Part shown: positions 50,517 to 62,152 of the stretch, piece by piece
Layout: each line of letters starts with the position of its first letter
Position numbering within the stretch: position 1 is the first letter of the stretch
Source of the DNA: Basidiobolus meristosporus CBS 931.73
Lineage: Eukaryota > Fungi > Basidiobolomycota
Direction of reading: 5' to 3'
Length of the DNA: 64,000 nucleotides
Assembly: GCA_002104905.1 (NCBI GenBank)
Contig: MCFE01000158.1
Location: 62,001 to 126,000 of the forward strand
Made by a program: the position numbers and the translations under genes
The notes under the pieces: generated by a model
What the model was told of the DNA's origin: nothing
The model's database searches: none
The model's input: the letters and a program-made list of their open reading frames with translations, nothing else

Positions 50517-51077
50517 GACTGAGGCGAAGTGTGAGGAGAACGATGTAAAACAATGTCAGCGGAACTAGAGGGGAAGTGATAACTTATAAAGCTCGTGATG
50601 CTAGAGATCGATTGGGGAATAGGGGGCTGAGTGGGTGTGTAACTTCTGGTTGAACGTATTCGTCAATATAACCTTCCTTTTCAGGGCGAATCATTTAGCT
50701 CATCTATCGTCCGGGAACCAACTATCCTAGCTAACAATGACCCTCATGGCTAAAAATAACTGAGGTCATACGCCGTTCATATGGATATAGCCAAATTGGT
50801 CTGGACGTCACCCCCCAACCAACCTCGGCGGTGTATTTAAATGAGCGACACGCGAAAAAAAATCTCGTCAAACCTGAGTAAAGCTATGCAAAGCCTGACT
50901 AGGGCTATGCAACACCGTGATGCAAAGCTGGAAGTTATGCGAGATCCTAAGCGGAAACCGGCTCGTCTCGGTGGGTGGGTTCGAGAAAGAAATGGCGATC
51001 GGGAGCGAGCAAAAATTTTCCCATCACCGAGTCAAATTTTTCAGGCTGATCTTTGATCGGCCGGGGATTGGTCGACG

Positions 51078-51092
51078 GGAACCCTAACCCCG
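51078..51092 (+). promoter_or_regulatory. AACCCTAACC telo-box / Homol-E-like motif upstream of RPS2
   Basis: GAACCCTAACCCC ~220 bp upstream of the ATG; similar motifs are known in ribosomal protein promoters. Confidence 0.4.
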
Positions 51093-51185
51093 ATTCCTGG
51101 AAGTCGAGTTTAAAAGCGTTTGACATGTAACGGGATTTTCCTTCTCCTACACCCTTGGTGTTTTTATTTTATTTAGTCAGATTAT

Positions 51186-51297
51186 GTAAGTATATCCACC
51201 TGTTGTTCACCACCACCCATCAGCCATCCGTCTTCGGATGGATGGATGCTGGCATGCTATGGATGTCCCGTACTCACCCTCCTTTTCTCTCCCCTAG
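51186..51297 (+). other. 5'-UTR intron of RPS2 containing a cUUCGg hairpin
   Basis: GTAAGT donor, TACTCAC branch-like site, pyrimidine tract, TAG acceptor 3 nt before the ATG. Confidence 0.75.
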
Positions 51298-51300
51298 CAA

Positions 51301-52086
51301 ATGGCTGACTCAGCTCCGGCCGATAGTCGCGGTGGACGCGGTGGTTTTGGACGTGGACGTGGTGCTCGCGGTGGACGCGGTCGCGGACGTCGTGGTGGTC
51401 GCAAGGAAGAAGAAACCCAATGGGTTCCTGTTACCAAGCTTGGTCGTCTCGTCAAGGATGGCAAGATCAAGTCCATGGAACAAATCTACCTCTTCTCTCT
51501 TCCCGTCAAGGAATACCAGATCATTGACTACTTCCTTCCTACCTTGAAGGATGAGGTCATCAAGATCATGCCTGTGCAGAAGCAAACCACCGCTGGTCAA
51601 AGAACTCGTTTCAAGGCCTTTGTCATCATCGGTGATTCTGACGGTCATGTTGGTCTCGGTGTCAAGTGCGCCAAGGAAGTTGCCACCGCCATCCGTGGTG
51701 CCATCATCCTTGCCAAGCTTAGCATCATCCCCGTCCGTAGAGGCTACTGGGGATCTTCCCTCGGTCTTCCCCACACCGTTCCTTCCAAGGTCACCGGCAA
51801 GTGTGGTTCCGTCACTGCTCGTCTTGTCCCTGCTCCCCGTGGTACTGGTATCGTCGCTGCCCCTACCCCCAAGAAGCTTTTGCAACTTGCCGGTATTACC
51901 GATTGCTACACCACCGCCCGTGGTTCCACCCGTACCTTGGGTAACTTCGTCAAGGCTACCTTCGCTGCCATTAGCCACACCTACACCTTCTTGACTCCTG
52001 ACTTGTGGGCCGAATCCCAATTCACCATGGGTCCCTACCAAGAATACTCTGACTACTTGAGCAAGGCTCAAGAAAAGAAGTACTAA
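51301..52086 (+). CDS. RPS2: 40S ribosomal protein S2 (uS5), 261 aa
   Basis: RGG N-terminus; [12 protein letters not shown]; [14 protein letters not shown]; PVRRGYWG; GNFVKATF. Confidence 0.99.
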   Translation: MADSAPADSRGGRGGFGRGRGARGGRGRGRRGGRKEEETQWVPVTKLGRLVKDGKIKSMEQIYLFSLPVKEYQIIDYFLPTLKDEVIKIMPVQKQTTAGQRTRFKAFVIIGDSDGHVGLGVKCAKEVATAIRGAIILAKLSIIPVRRGYWGSSLGLPHTVPSKVTGKCGSVTARLVPAPRGTGIVAAPTPKKLLQLAGITDCYTTARGSTRTLGNFVKATFAAISHTYTFLTPDLWAESQFTMGPYQEYSDYLSKAQEKKY

Positions 52087-52312
52087 GTTAGTGTTATGAT
52101 CATGACAACTGCCTTCCTGTTGGGCTAGTTCGAATGTGTTCTTTCGCACTCGTTTGATAAGAATAAATACTTGATACTTTTTTCTGTACAACCCAACCAT
52201 CGCGTGTGTATTCTAGAATAGGTCGTTTATTTCGGCCGTGCTGGAAATCAATCCGCAGGAGGGTACATTAATTTATGGGTCGCTGGATATGTTAGGTTTG
52301 CCAGGGGTGGAG

Positions 52313-53082
52313 TCAGAAGTATAGTTCCTCGTCGCCGAAACAGTCCGGCACCGTGGTGACAGAGAAGTTGTACTTGTCTATGGTGTCCAGGACATTCGGG
52401 ATGGCCTGCACGGTGGAGGGGTGGATATCATGTTGCAACGAGATGAATCCGGTGGTTTCTGGTGAATGGATCGAGAGTGTATTCTCGTATACTTTTTCCA
52501 TGAGCTCGGTGTTCAATGTCTGCCAGTCCAGGGTGTCAAGATTCCAATCGATGATCTTGTAGCCCATGTTGTTCAGTATACTTTGTACTCGCTCGTCGCA
52601 GGACCCATATGGGCAACGTATATACTGTGGCTTCACCCCGATTACGTTTTCAATGGCTTCGGCTGCTTTGTCGGCCTCTTCTTCAATTTCCTCGGCAGAT
52701 AGACTGTTCAGGTTCAGGTGAGAGTACGTGTGAGAGGCTATATGATGACCCTCGTCGTACGCTCTTCGGAGCAAGTCAGGATTTTCCTCCACATCTATTC
52801 CAGGAAAGCATGAGTATATACCATAGTGATGGGTAGCAACTACACAAAGGCCTACTTACTCTGACCAATGACGAACAAGGTTACTTTAACATCAGCTTCG
52901 AGTAGGTCGTCCAGAAGCTGACCAGTCGTCTCACTGGAGGGTCCGTCATCGAAAGTCAGAGCGATTTTGCCTGGGGAGCATTCTTTTATAAGGCCGCCCG
53001 AGAGCTGGCGCTTCTCCAAGGGCGTGGCAGTCACTCCCATAGCTAGACTAGCCAGGGTCACTAGAAATGCAAGGCCGAGCAT
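52313..53082 (-). CDS. Secreted CE4 chitin/polysaccharide deacetylase (NodB domain), 234 aa, 2 exons (53082-52860, 52794-52313)
   Basis: Signal peptide plus KR site; TFDDGP, HTYSH, RCPYG, DTLDW, LQHD motifs; 65-nt GT-AG intron restores IGQNVE. Confidence 0.95.
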
Positions 53083-54203
53083 CAGAAACTTGAAAGGTTA
53101 GTTTTGGTTACGGTTTGGGCATTCCAGGCGAATATATGGCACCTTGGCACCTGAAACCCACAAGACCCCGTACCAAACCAAATAGACAGGAAATATATTC
53201 CCTAACGGCAAAGGCGACCGTGCTCATTTGACAGACGGTTTACGGGAGTCGGTGGATATTCTCTCACAGGTAAGGAAAATTGCAAGTAATTTTCCTTGAT
53301 GTATATATATATCACAACATAAACAACACTGCTAAACAAGCCACGCCCAGAATTGATGGATCGAAATCACTGGATTGTTTAGGATTTCCGGCTTTGAAAG
53401 ATTCCCTGGGTTGTGTGGGATTTAAGGCTGTGAGTGCCATCATCACTTTCTCGCCCATTGGCTATGCACCAGCATCTACCAAAATTGTTCACACGCGTGA
53501 GTTTATTAGCGACCTATCATTTGAGCGATCCCCTTCGGCTAACGTGTTTGTAGAATAAGCTTGTGTTCGGTAAGGGAAGTTGAACTAGTATGGCTCACCT
53601 CAAGAAAGGTTGCCAATTCTCATGAATTTTCACCGTGGTAACCGTGGTAAAACAGACCCTATCTTCGGATGATACAAGAAAGTCCGGGTGAACAAACCAA
53701 TGCCAGCACAGAAGACAGGGGGCAAACAGGCTCTGGAGATACAGATGTAACGAGCAAGCAAGAGTTATGACTCACGGGCAAGTTCATGGTCGAGACCTCC
53801 AATAAGAGCAGAGGTAGCAAGTCATTAATAATATGCTTTCACACAAGGAATATGAAGGACCCTCTGAAGGACCCTCCCTAAACAATCTATCCTCGATCCT
53901 GTTCTGGTTTGGACAGCCAATCTTGACCTGGGGATTTGGGGGTGCGGAGGGAAATTTTCCTTGAACAACCCGGATCGCCAATCATCGCTAGGGGTGCTGG
54001 CATACCGCGGAAGCCAACAGACTTGATCTGAATTTGAATCCGCAATCACAACCATTGAGTCGGATCGCGTACTTTTATAGACAAGAGATCAAGGATGAAG
54101 ATATAAAAGAGCGGCCATTCCCTAACCAGACCTGCTACATACATACCCCCCCCCCTCAAGCATTCACGAGCTAGTCTCAACAGTGGATCATATCCCCAAT
54201 TTA

Positions 54204-55003
54204 ATGGACATCAGTGGACAATTCAATGGAGTCTTGTTTAATTACGAGCAAGACAGATTAAACCTAGATCTTTGGAGCTCTGCCAGTATGTGCTTCGATC
54301 CAGCAACTTCATTCCATTTGGATTCGTTCCCCCTGCTGGACACCACCAACAATGCTCAGAGTAAATGGCTTGTTTCGAATTCTTTTGTCCAAGAATGCTC
54401 TTAATCTCAGTCTTCTACATTGTAGTGAACTCGGTTCTTTCGGATAGCCCATCCCAGCTATCCATATTCCCGTGCTTTTCTGACTCCAGTTCCACGCTCG
54501 GCCCACCCTCCTCTCCCGAGTTGATCCACTCTCCCCCTTTCTCACCCATCAGCACCTCCGCAACACCCTTCTCTGCCGCTGGTATGCACAAGAGTAGCCC
54601 TGCTAGCTTCACACCCATACTCCCTAATGGAATCCCTCAATCGGATATCACCTCCACGAAGGAGGTTTCTCCTCCCAAGCGGAAGTTGAACCCCGATAGG
54701 GAGGCCAGCAGGGCTGCCTTGTTAGCAGCAGCCGCAAATGATCCCAAGCTTGCAGCCAAGTTGGAATCTCTCGAGGATAAGAGACGCCGCAACACTGCAG
54801 CATCCGCACGGTTTAGGATCAAAAAGAAGCAGCGCGAGGAGGCGCTGGAGAAGACCACGAAGGAACTGTCGGTCAAGACGAGCTTACTCGAAAACAAGGT
54901 GAAGGAATTGGAGATGGAGGTTAAGTGGCTTCAAGGTTTGCTTATTGACAAAGACCCGGAATTCGTCAACGTGGTACCACCCTTCAAAAAGCAGTGTATA
55001 TGA
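54204..55003 (+). CDS. metR: bZIP sulfur-regulator type transcription factor (MetR/CYS-3/Zip1 family), ~244 aa, intron 54361-54425
   Basis: EDKRRRNTAASARFRIKKKQRE basic region plus leucine zipper ending KWLQGLL. Confidence 0.88.
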
Positions 55004-55463
55004 TTACGGACATTTGAGTTATTTTTGATTTTTACTTCTTGGACCAAGGACATTCTTTTTTTTGCATTCTCGTATTCAATCAGTTTATCGGACAATCAAT
55101 TTTTTTCTCTATTCACGGACAATTTAGATATTTCTCTTGTAGACAAATGGACTCTGACTAACGCAGGATTTCTTGCCTCCCCCCCCCAAATAGCATGCTT
55201 GTAAGAATAAAAGTAGGTATTATGCTCCTTCATTCGTGTTGTCTCGTGGGGTGGTTGCCTTGGTCCTGACCCCAGCCCAGGCATCATCCAAAACGTCACT
55301 GATCTTACAACCTAGAGCGGAGGACTGAGGATCGATGATTGTCTTCAGAAAGCCACGATTGTTTGAGCTGTTGATGACGTTGTATCACATATGCTTGGCT
55401 CGATTTGGACAAGGTTCAATATATAAGAGTAGCGACCGAAACGACGTGTCGTAGTCTTTCCCC

Positions 55464-55955
55464 ATGTCGTCGTCATTAATAATATCCGTAGCCATCCCAG
55501 TCCTTGGTGGGTTCTTGTCGGCGTTGCCAACACGCGAAGCAGTTCGGAGCTGGTACACCACCATCAACAAGCCAGGCTTTACCCCACCGAACTGGCTGTT
55601 CGCCCCCGCTTGGACCCTACTTTACATCGTAATGGGCTACGCCTCGTACCGGGTGAAGTCCAGCGAATCCACAGCCAGTGCCGCGCTCGTACTGTACTGG
55701 GTACAGCTGGGATTTAACTTTATGTGGTCCCCGCTGTTCTTCTACTTCAAGCGAATTGACCTCGCCATGGTCAACATCAGCATACATTGGGTGCTTATTC
55801 TTGCCACCATGATTACCTTTTGGCAGGTTGATACCATCGCTGGAGTACTCTTCTTACCATATCTAGCATGGGTCTCATACGCCTCCGCACTGAATTGGTC
55901 CATATTGAAGCTGAACCCTTCTACAAACTCCGAATACCAACGTCTGGATCGTTGA
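55464..55955 (+). CDS. TSPO: TspO/MBR family translocator protein, 163 aa
   Basis: WY..INKP.FTPPNWLFAPAWTLLY; WSPLFF; LPYLAWVSYASALN. Confidence 0.97.
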   Translation: MSSSLIISVAIPVLGGFLSALPTREAVRSWYTTINKPGFTPPNWLFAPAWTLLYIVMGYASYRVKSSESTASAALVLYWVQLGFNFMWSPLFFYFKRIDLAMVNISIHWVLILATMITFWQVDTIAGVLFLPYLAWVSYASALNWSILKLNPSTNSEYQRLDR

Positions 55956-56762
55956 CTCATTTTTGTATGCATTTTCGCATCCTCGTGTCTGGATTGCCTC
56001 TATGTGGGAAGGTGTCTTGAAATATGCCAAGTCAATAAAGCCCCATGGGTATCTGGCCAATAGGCAGAATAGGAAAACCAGAATTTAATCAATCCCACCA
56101 TCTTGCTAAATCTATACAGTCATGCAGTCTTTACTGCCACACATGGACCAATGGCGGGACGATATGATTTAGGTATCGAGCTCCTGATCAAATGATGGGT
56201 GAGTATGCATGTCGATTGGCATTAGGAATATATTGAGGTTTGCTTAAATTACTCCAATGGATATGATCTCATTCCATCAATAACATCTTTGTCTCTGATT
56301 CTGACCAATTGGTTGAAAGTTCGAATAATAAAACCAATGAGAATTCCACCAGATCACAATGATTTTCGTGAGTCCAATTCATTAAGCCTGCTCAAGTAAA
56401 TTCACTATTTATAAATACCTATGATTTGATTGCTTAAGATTCCTCCGGTCAGTTCTCCATAATTCAACGACCAATATCTTGCTGAACTTTAGCATTCTCT
56501 TTACATGAATCTGCTTATTGATTCTTCCTGCCTTGACTAAGATTTTCCCTACATAGTCTCTTAATTGCGTGTTGCAGTATTTCTCGGCCTTCATCTTTGG
56601 CTTAGTTCGTTCCATTTTATTTAGAGTGCAATACTTGTGTGTTCGTGGTGTGGTATTCCTTTAGCATAGCTCCTTCAACTTTCCCAAATAAGTATTAGGC
56701 TTTTGACTGCTTTTCTCATCCCCCGCCTCTCGCCCAGTCATTAAACCTATCCCTCAGAAAAT

Positions 56763-57883
56763 ATGGAAGTCCAAGAGTTTCTCAAGAAGTGTGGCTTGGA
56801 GCAATATACAGAGGCCTTCTTTGCCGAAGGTTTCGATCAGCTGAGATCAGTTAGTACCCGTCATTGGTTCTTTTGGTAGCTTTGAATTAACGCTAGTTGA
56901 AACAGCTCCTAGAAATCACTGAGCCAGACTTGGTGGCTTTGGGTGTAAAAAGAGGACATCGTAGGGTTAGTAGCGTTCCAACCAGGAATACCACTTGTTC
57001 AATGGTAGCTTATTCCAGTATTCTCGAAACTAGCTACTCCAACGAGAGATAGTCGCGGTGAAGGGCGCCACCTCCTTATCAACACCATTCCCTCTTACAA
57101 TCACACCGGAGAACCCTTTCATGAATCTGACGGGATCTGGTCAGTCAACAATGAGTGTGGCACAGCTTATCATGTGACTAATTTCATGACTGTTTCTGAT
57201 GCAAGTAGACCCTAGAGCGTTGAATCTCTTCGCCAAAAATTTCTCCCCGACCTCGGTCAACGGCAACCAAAAGATGTTCTTCGCAAATCCCAAGGTTCCA
57301 ATAGCACCCCTCAAGCCATCTCCGCCATCCATTGAAAACAACAGCAACAAGAGGCGATACAGACGACATCCCAAGCCGGACAAAAATGCCCCGGAGAAAC
57401 CACCCTCAGCCTATGTGATGTTTTCGAACAAGATTCGGGGCGAGTTCAAAGACCAGAATATGTCGTTCACTGAAATGGCCAAAGTGGTCGGCGATCGCTG
57501 GAAAACACTCAGTCCGGAGGAAAGGGAGGAGGTGGAGCAATGCGCTTCCAAGGCTAAACAGGAGTACTTGGAGGCTTTGGAAACCTACAAGAAAACTCCT
57601 GAATACCATGAATACCAAGAGTACCTGATCGAATTCAGGGCGAAATCGTCTTCTTGTGTGCGTCCAGTTGGCAGACCGCGAAAGCATCCCAAGCTTGACG
57701 AAATGGACAATGTCACCTCCGATGACTCCAATGGTAAGTTCCCTTTGATCATGAGCGTTATTCGAGATCGGCTCAAGTAATCCTAATTTAGGTCTAGTCT
57801 CAGCGGATGATCTCCTCTACCAAGATGCATCAGGTAGAGACGTAGATCACAATGGATGGCCAGCAATTGTCCCGAGCTGCTGA
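56763..57883 (+). CDS. SAM domain + HMG-box protein, 5 predicted exons (56763-56849, 56906-56965, 57034-57154, 57209-57733, 57792-57883)
   Basis: SAM: FLKKCGLEQY...LLEITEPDLVALGVKRGHRRLL. HMG: PEKPPSAYVMF...SFTEMAKVVGDRWK. GRPRK motif. Frames are consistent across GT-AG introns. Confidence 0.88.
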
Positions 57884-58132
57884 TTGCCTTGTTCATGCCC
57901 GTTTATTCTAATATCTCCACCTGAGGTTGGAGTTGGTTAGTTTAGAAGGAGGTTTCAGGAAAACAGCAAGTCGGATAGGGATATGGATTCTCTCGGTTTC
58001 AGGCCCCGATGATTTTGAAAGTAAATGGATGTTTTCTTTTCTATCCTTGCCCATGCATACATCAATGACTCGTATGTATCCTCCATCTATGTTTATATAC
58101 TAGGATATGTAATAAAAGTAATTCACTTGGCA

Positions 58133-58819
58133 TCATGAGGGCGGAAATGGGGAAGTGTCTTTGAAGCAATTCTCGAATACCTCGTTGACAACCTGCTCGG
58201 CATTCTTGCAATGGGAGCGGGTGGAGTTGATCGCTTCTCTTCTCGCGCACTCCCTCTTCCTTACCAACGGCCACACGTTGGCACATTGACCAAGGGCACT
58301 CGCCCGGATTTCCGAACAAGCAACATTATGGCAAGGGGTGGTAAATGTCCCGGCTCGACCTGCGTCGTAGGCGTGAACCAGTTCGTGTATTACTGTCTCC
58401 TCCAGGTCTTTCCGGGAGCGAATGGCTTCGCAGCAGACAACGATTCTGTTGGAGAGCATTAGTGCGTTGGAGCTGGGCATAGGGAAGCTCTAACAACCAA
58501 CCACCCAACCGGCTCGCATACTATGAAAGAAGGGAAACTGGAGGTACCTTTTGTTTTGAGGATCGTAATATCCAAACCTACCTGCTTGCACAGTATCGAC
58601 GCAACTGCGACAGGTCAGGCCTTTCACCAGGGACTTCTTGGCTTGCTTTCGTATGGCATACAGCAGAAAGTGGACTCTGGGGTCCTCTAGCACCTACATA
58701 GAAGGTCAGTCGCGGCTCCAGATAGTGGGGTTGCGGGCGCTCTCACTTACGCTGGCGATCTCTTTGGTGCACTGTGCTTCCGAATATCCAGTGGAGGCTG
58801 GGTTGGGGTTTCTGTACAT
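58133..58819 (-). CDS. ATP23: Mitochondrial inner membrane metalloprotease ATP23 (peptidase M76), ~175 aa, 3 exons (58819-58751, 58693-58548, 58445-58133)
   Basis: HELVHAYD zinc motif; CSEIRAS; CARREAINS; FENCFKDTSPF. Confidence 0.93.
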
Positions 58820-59478
58820 AAGGGCTAGGTATTGGGAACACCGTCACTTCACTAGCTCATAGACGTGGTCACGGTTGACCTGGGTTTGGAGGGGACTAGA
58901 ATGGATTGCCAACAAATCTGATCCTCGGTGTGTGTGAAGCAAAGTTTATCATCCATTTATCACCTCCACCAGGGAAATCATCCTAATCCAGTATCACGAT
59001 AGTTTCCGTATGGACCATCGATGAATCCCTATGTTTTAGCATGTGAGATATGTGACGTAAACGATGGGCAAGTCTTAATAGTATGGTGAGGAATCTTCGA
59101 GTATCAAATGATCGGAACAGAATCCTCAACCCAGACTATTTAATCTACATCAGGCATCATAGAGATTGGTTTGATGCGCGTACCATGCTGGAATAATTCA
59201 TTGATTTCAAGCCAGTCCACATAGCATCTCTTTCCTCAACTTGGAGAGGCACATCGATTCCATACACGACCCAAGGCAGCACCTTATTATCCGCTCACCC
59301 GACATCCAAGAACCTTCCCCTCTCAACCACCACCTAACCTCACCCAGTATCCCCCACCTCTCGAACGTCCCCACGCTTCCAAAGTAATTGGTTGAAAACC
59401 GACCGAGGTGTACCTGTGCCAACCAACCCCGAAGAAGTTTTCCCACCTACGTTTCCAACGTGAACGCACAACACAAAC

Positions 59479-61936
59479 ATGTTGACCTTTGAGAATAGTT
59501 TTTGGACTGCTGACTACCGTTCAGGGATAAACCAGCTGAACGAAAAGCTCGCCCAGGGAAGCATCGAATGCGACGAGATCCTTGGCTTCCTCAAGGAGAG
59601 GGCCGCCATAGAGGAGCAGTACGGCAGCAAGCTCTGCGAACTCGGCAAAAGGAAGAGCAAGAATGGTGGGTTCGCTAAAGATGACGGGGCCACCCTGAAG
59701 AGAACGTTCGATTCGCTGAAGGGGGAGTGCCTCGAGCTCGGCCAGTTCCACAAACAGAACGCCTCCGACATTCAAGAGCTCGTACTGAAGCCACTCCAGA
59801 TCTTTGTCGAGGAACGCAAGGTCGGCCTGAAAGTCAGCAAAGAGAGCATCGAGGCCGCACTGAAACGCTTGGACAAGCAGCGGGCCGAGTTGTTACGTGC
59901 CCAGGAGAATTACATGACCAAGTGCGGAGTTGCTGACTCCCTGGAGAAGCAAGAGGCCGATAAGCCCAGTAGACGGCTTTCCATTCAAGACCTTCAACTC
60001 CGACTGGAGCTCATCACCAACACCCTGGGGAACCTGACCTTCACCGAAGAGGAGTTCAAAGAATTTCTGCAGAGGATCCAAACGGAGATCCCAACTCAGG
60101 AGGTCCGTTATCCATTCCTCGGGTTATACAAAGGCTTGATCTCTGGGGAATCCGTCGCAGCGTGGCTTCGCGAGCATTACAACCTAGAAAGTGACGAGCA
60201 GGTCGAGCAGGTCGGCCAGGCCCTTATCGATCAAGGGTTTTTGAAACTGGTCGGCCGCGGGAACAAGTTCACCATCAAATCCAACTCGTACTACCAATGG
60301 AAAAAGCTCTACCAAGACCAAGGTTCCCCGTTGGAGAAAGCTCGGCTAGAGGCGGAGGAGGCGGACGCAGCCTACAAGCAGCTTGCCAAGTCGGTAGACA
60401 AGTCCCGAATGTCGGCCGAGCGGACTCTGATGAGTTATCTTGGAAACATGGAGCGTAACGAGGTCAACAGGATCGTCGCCATCAAGGCCGCGTTCTTGAG
60501 CTTTGCCGCCACCTTCTCCACCGTGATCTCAACGTATATCTCGATGAACGAGAGAACGCAGCTCTACTTCGAGACCCTTAAGCCCGAGAACGACATCACC
60601 TTCATGATCGAGCAACACGGGACTGGTTACTTCAACCCCAAGCCCGTCGTCTACGAGAACTTCTATTACGGATCCGTTAAAGACCAAATTTACGGTGTCC
60701 CTCTCGAGGAACAAGCGCGCCTTTCGAAGAACCACATCCCACTCATCATTGCCAAATGCCTGAGCGCGCTCACCAAGGGCTATGGGGAAATGCCCTACGT
60801 GGAGCGGAGGGGTATCTGGATCACCGATGTACCCTTGGCCACCATTCATAGTCTGAAAAGAAGCATCAACCAAGGGTGCCAGGTAACCCTGAAGCAGCTG
60901 CGAGAATATGACCTCAAGACCATTGTTGGCGCGCTCAAGCTCTACTTGTTGGAGCTCCCGGAATGCTTGTGTACCTCGGAGCTGTACGATGCCGTGAAGG
61001 CCATCTATGCGCCAGGTGAGTTGCCCCGAGAGTCGTCTTTGAATGGATTCATACTAACCATCTGACCTGAAGTTCCCCTACCCGATAGAGATGACGACGA
61101 AGAACGAGCCAGACTAGGCGCGATTCAGAACCTGCTCACCGCTCTACCGCCCGCCAACAAGCGCAGTTTGAAGGCCATCATGGGCCATCTCAACCAGTGA
61201 GTAGCTTTTGCTTTGTAGTTGTCGGCTGGGCATCGGACTGATCAGTTGCAGGTTGCTGCAGGACATGTCTCCCGAGGAGCTGTTCATCCCGGAGATATGC
61301 CATAACCTTGGACATACCATTTTGAGACCACGCGCGGAGACCCCGGTGACATTCCACGACAGACATCCACAGAAGCTCGTGAAGGACATGATATGCCATT
61401 ACCAGGAGATCTTCGACTCGATGAATCTGACCAACATCAGCTACGATGACGAGGACTCGGCCGAGCCGAGTACGGATTCCAAGAAGGTCAGCCCACAGCT
61501 GGAGGAGGAAGTGGAGGATGAGGACGAGAGCGAGCTGCTGTTCTCAGATCCCTCCTCCGACTTGGACAAAGAAAGTACTCACTCGGAGGAGCCTGCGGCG
61601 GAACCCAAGCCCCTTCAGGAGAGCAACCACGTAGAGCACGAAGCAAGCGCACCTGCGAGTCCCGTGATAGAGGTCGAGCCTAGTCAAATCGATAGCGCAC
61701 CCAAAGAGGATACCCCCATCGCAGAAGAGAAGGCGGCGATCATCGAGGAACAACCAGCACAACCGATCGAGGAAAAAGTGAGCGCACCAGCGACAGTCCC
61801 AGATGCACCCAAGTCGTCCACCAAGGAGGAGGTCAATAGCCCCGCTCCTACCCCCACACCGGCCAAGCCTGTAGTGGAGAAGGTGGACGACGACGATTTG
61901 GATCCCTTCTTCCAGGACGAGGACGAGGAGGACTGA
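59479..61936 (+). CDS. RGD2: F-BAR + DEP + RhoGAP protein (Rgd2/Rga8 type), ~781 aa, introns 61016-61072 and 61197-61251
   Basis: FENSFWTADY FCH start; DEP-like ISGESVAAWL...GQALIDQGFLK; RhoGAP LKLYLLELPE; acidic C-tail. Confidence 0.88.
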
Positions 61937-62152
61937 GGAGCCGGTCGTTGTTTGTAGAGCGTATTTTCCACCCAGACCCACCTTTTTCATTGGCCACCCT
62001 TTTTGAACAATCATCACGAAATAAAAATGGGCCATCAGTTCTTTTCCATCGACTGCCTTAGCATGGGGGTGTATATATTTCAGAAGGTGTATACAGTAGA
62101 ACATTAAAAGGGCGAAGAACCAAACTAATGGAGAGAGTCGGAGGGGATTGGT

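Noticed and set aside
50841-51056. 71-aa ORF upstream of RPS2
   Set aside because: Lies in promoter-like sequence with no coding signature
51310-52200. 296-aa antisense ORF over RPS2
   Set aside because: Shadow of strong codon bias in a highly expressed gene
57199-57780. Mating-type (SexM/SexP or MATA_HMG) locus
   Set aside because: The HMG box is fused to SAM, resembles the HMGB/non-MAT type, and the usual TPT/RNA-helicase neighbours are absent
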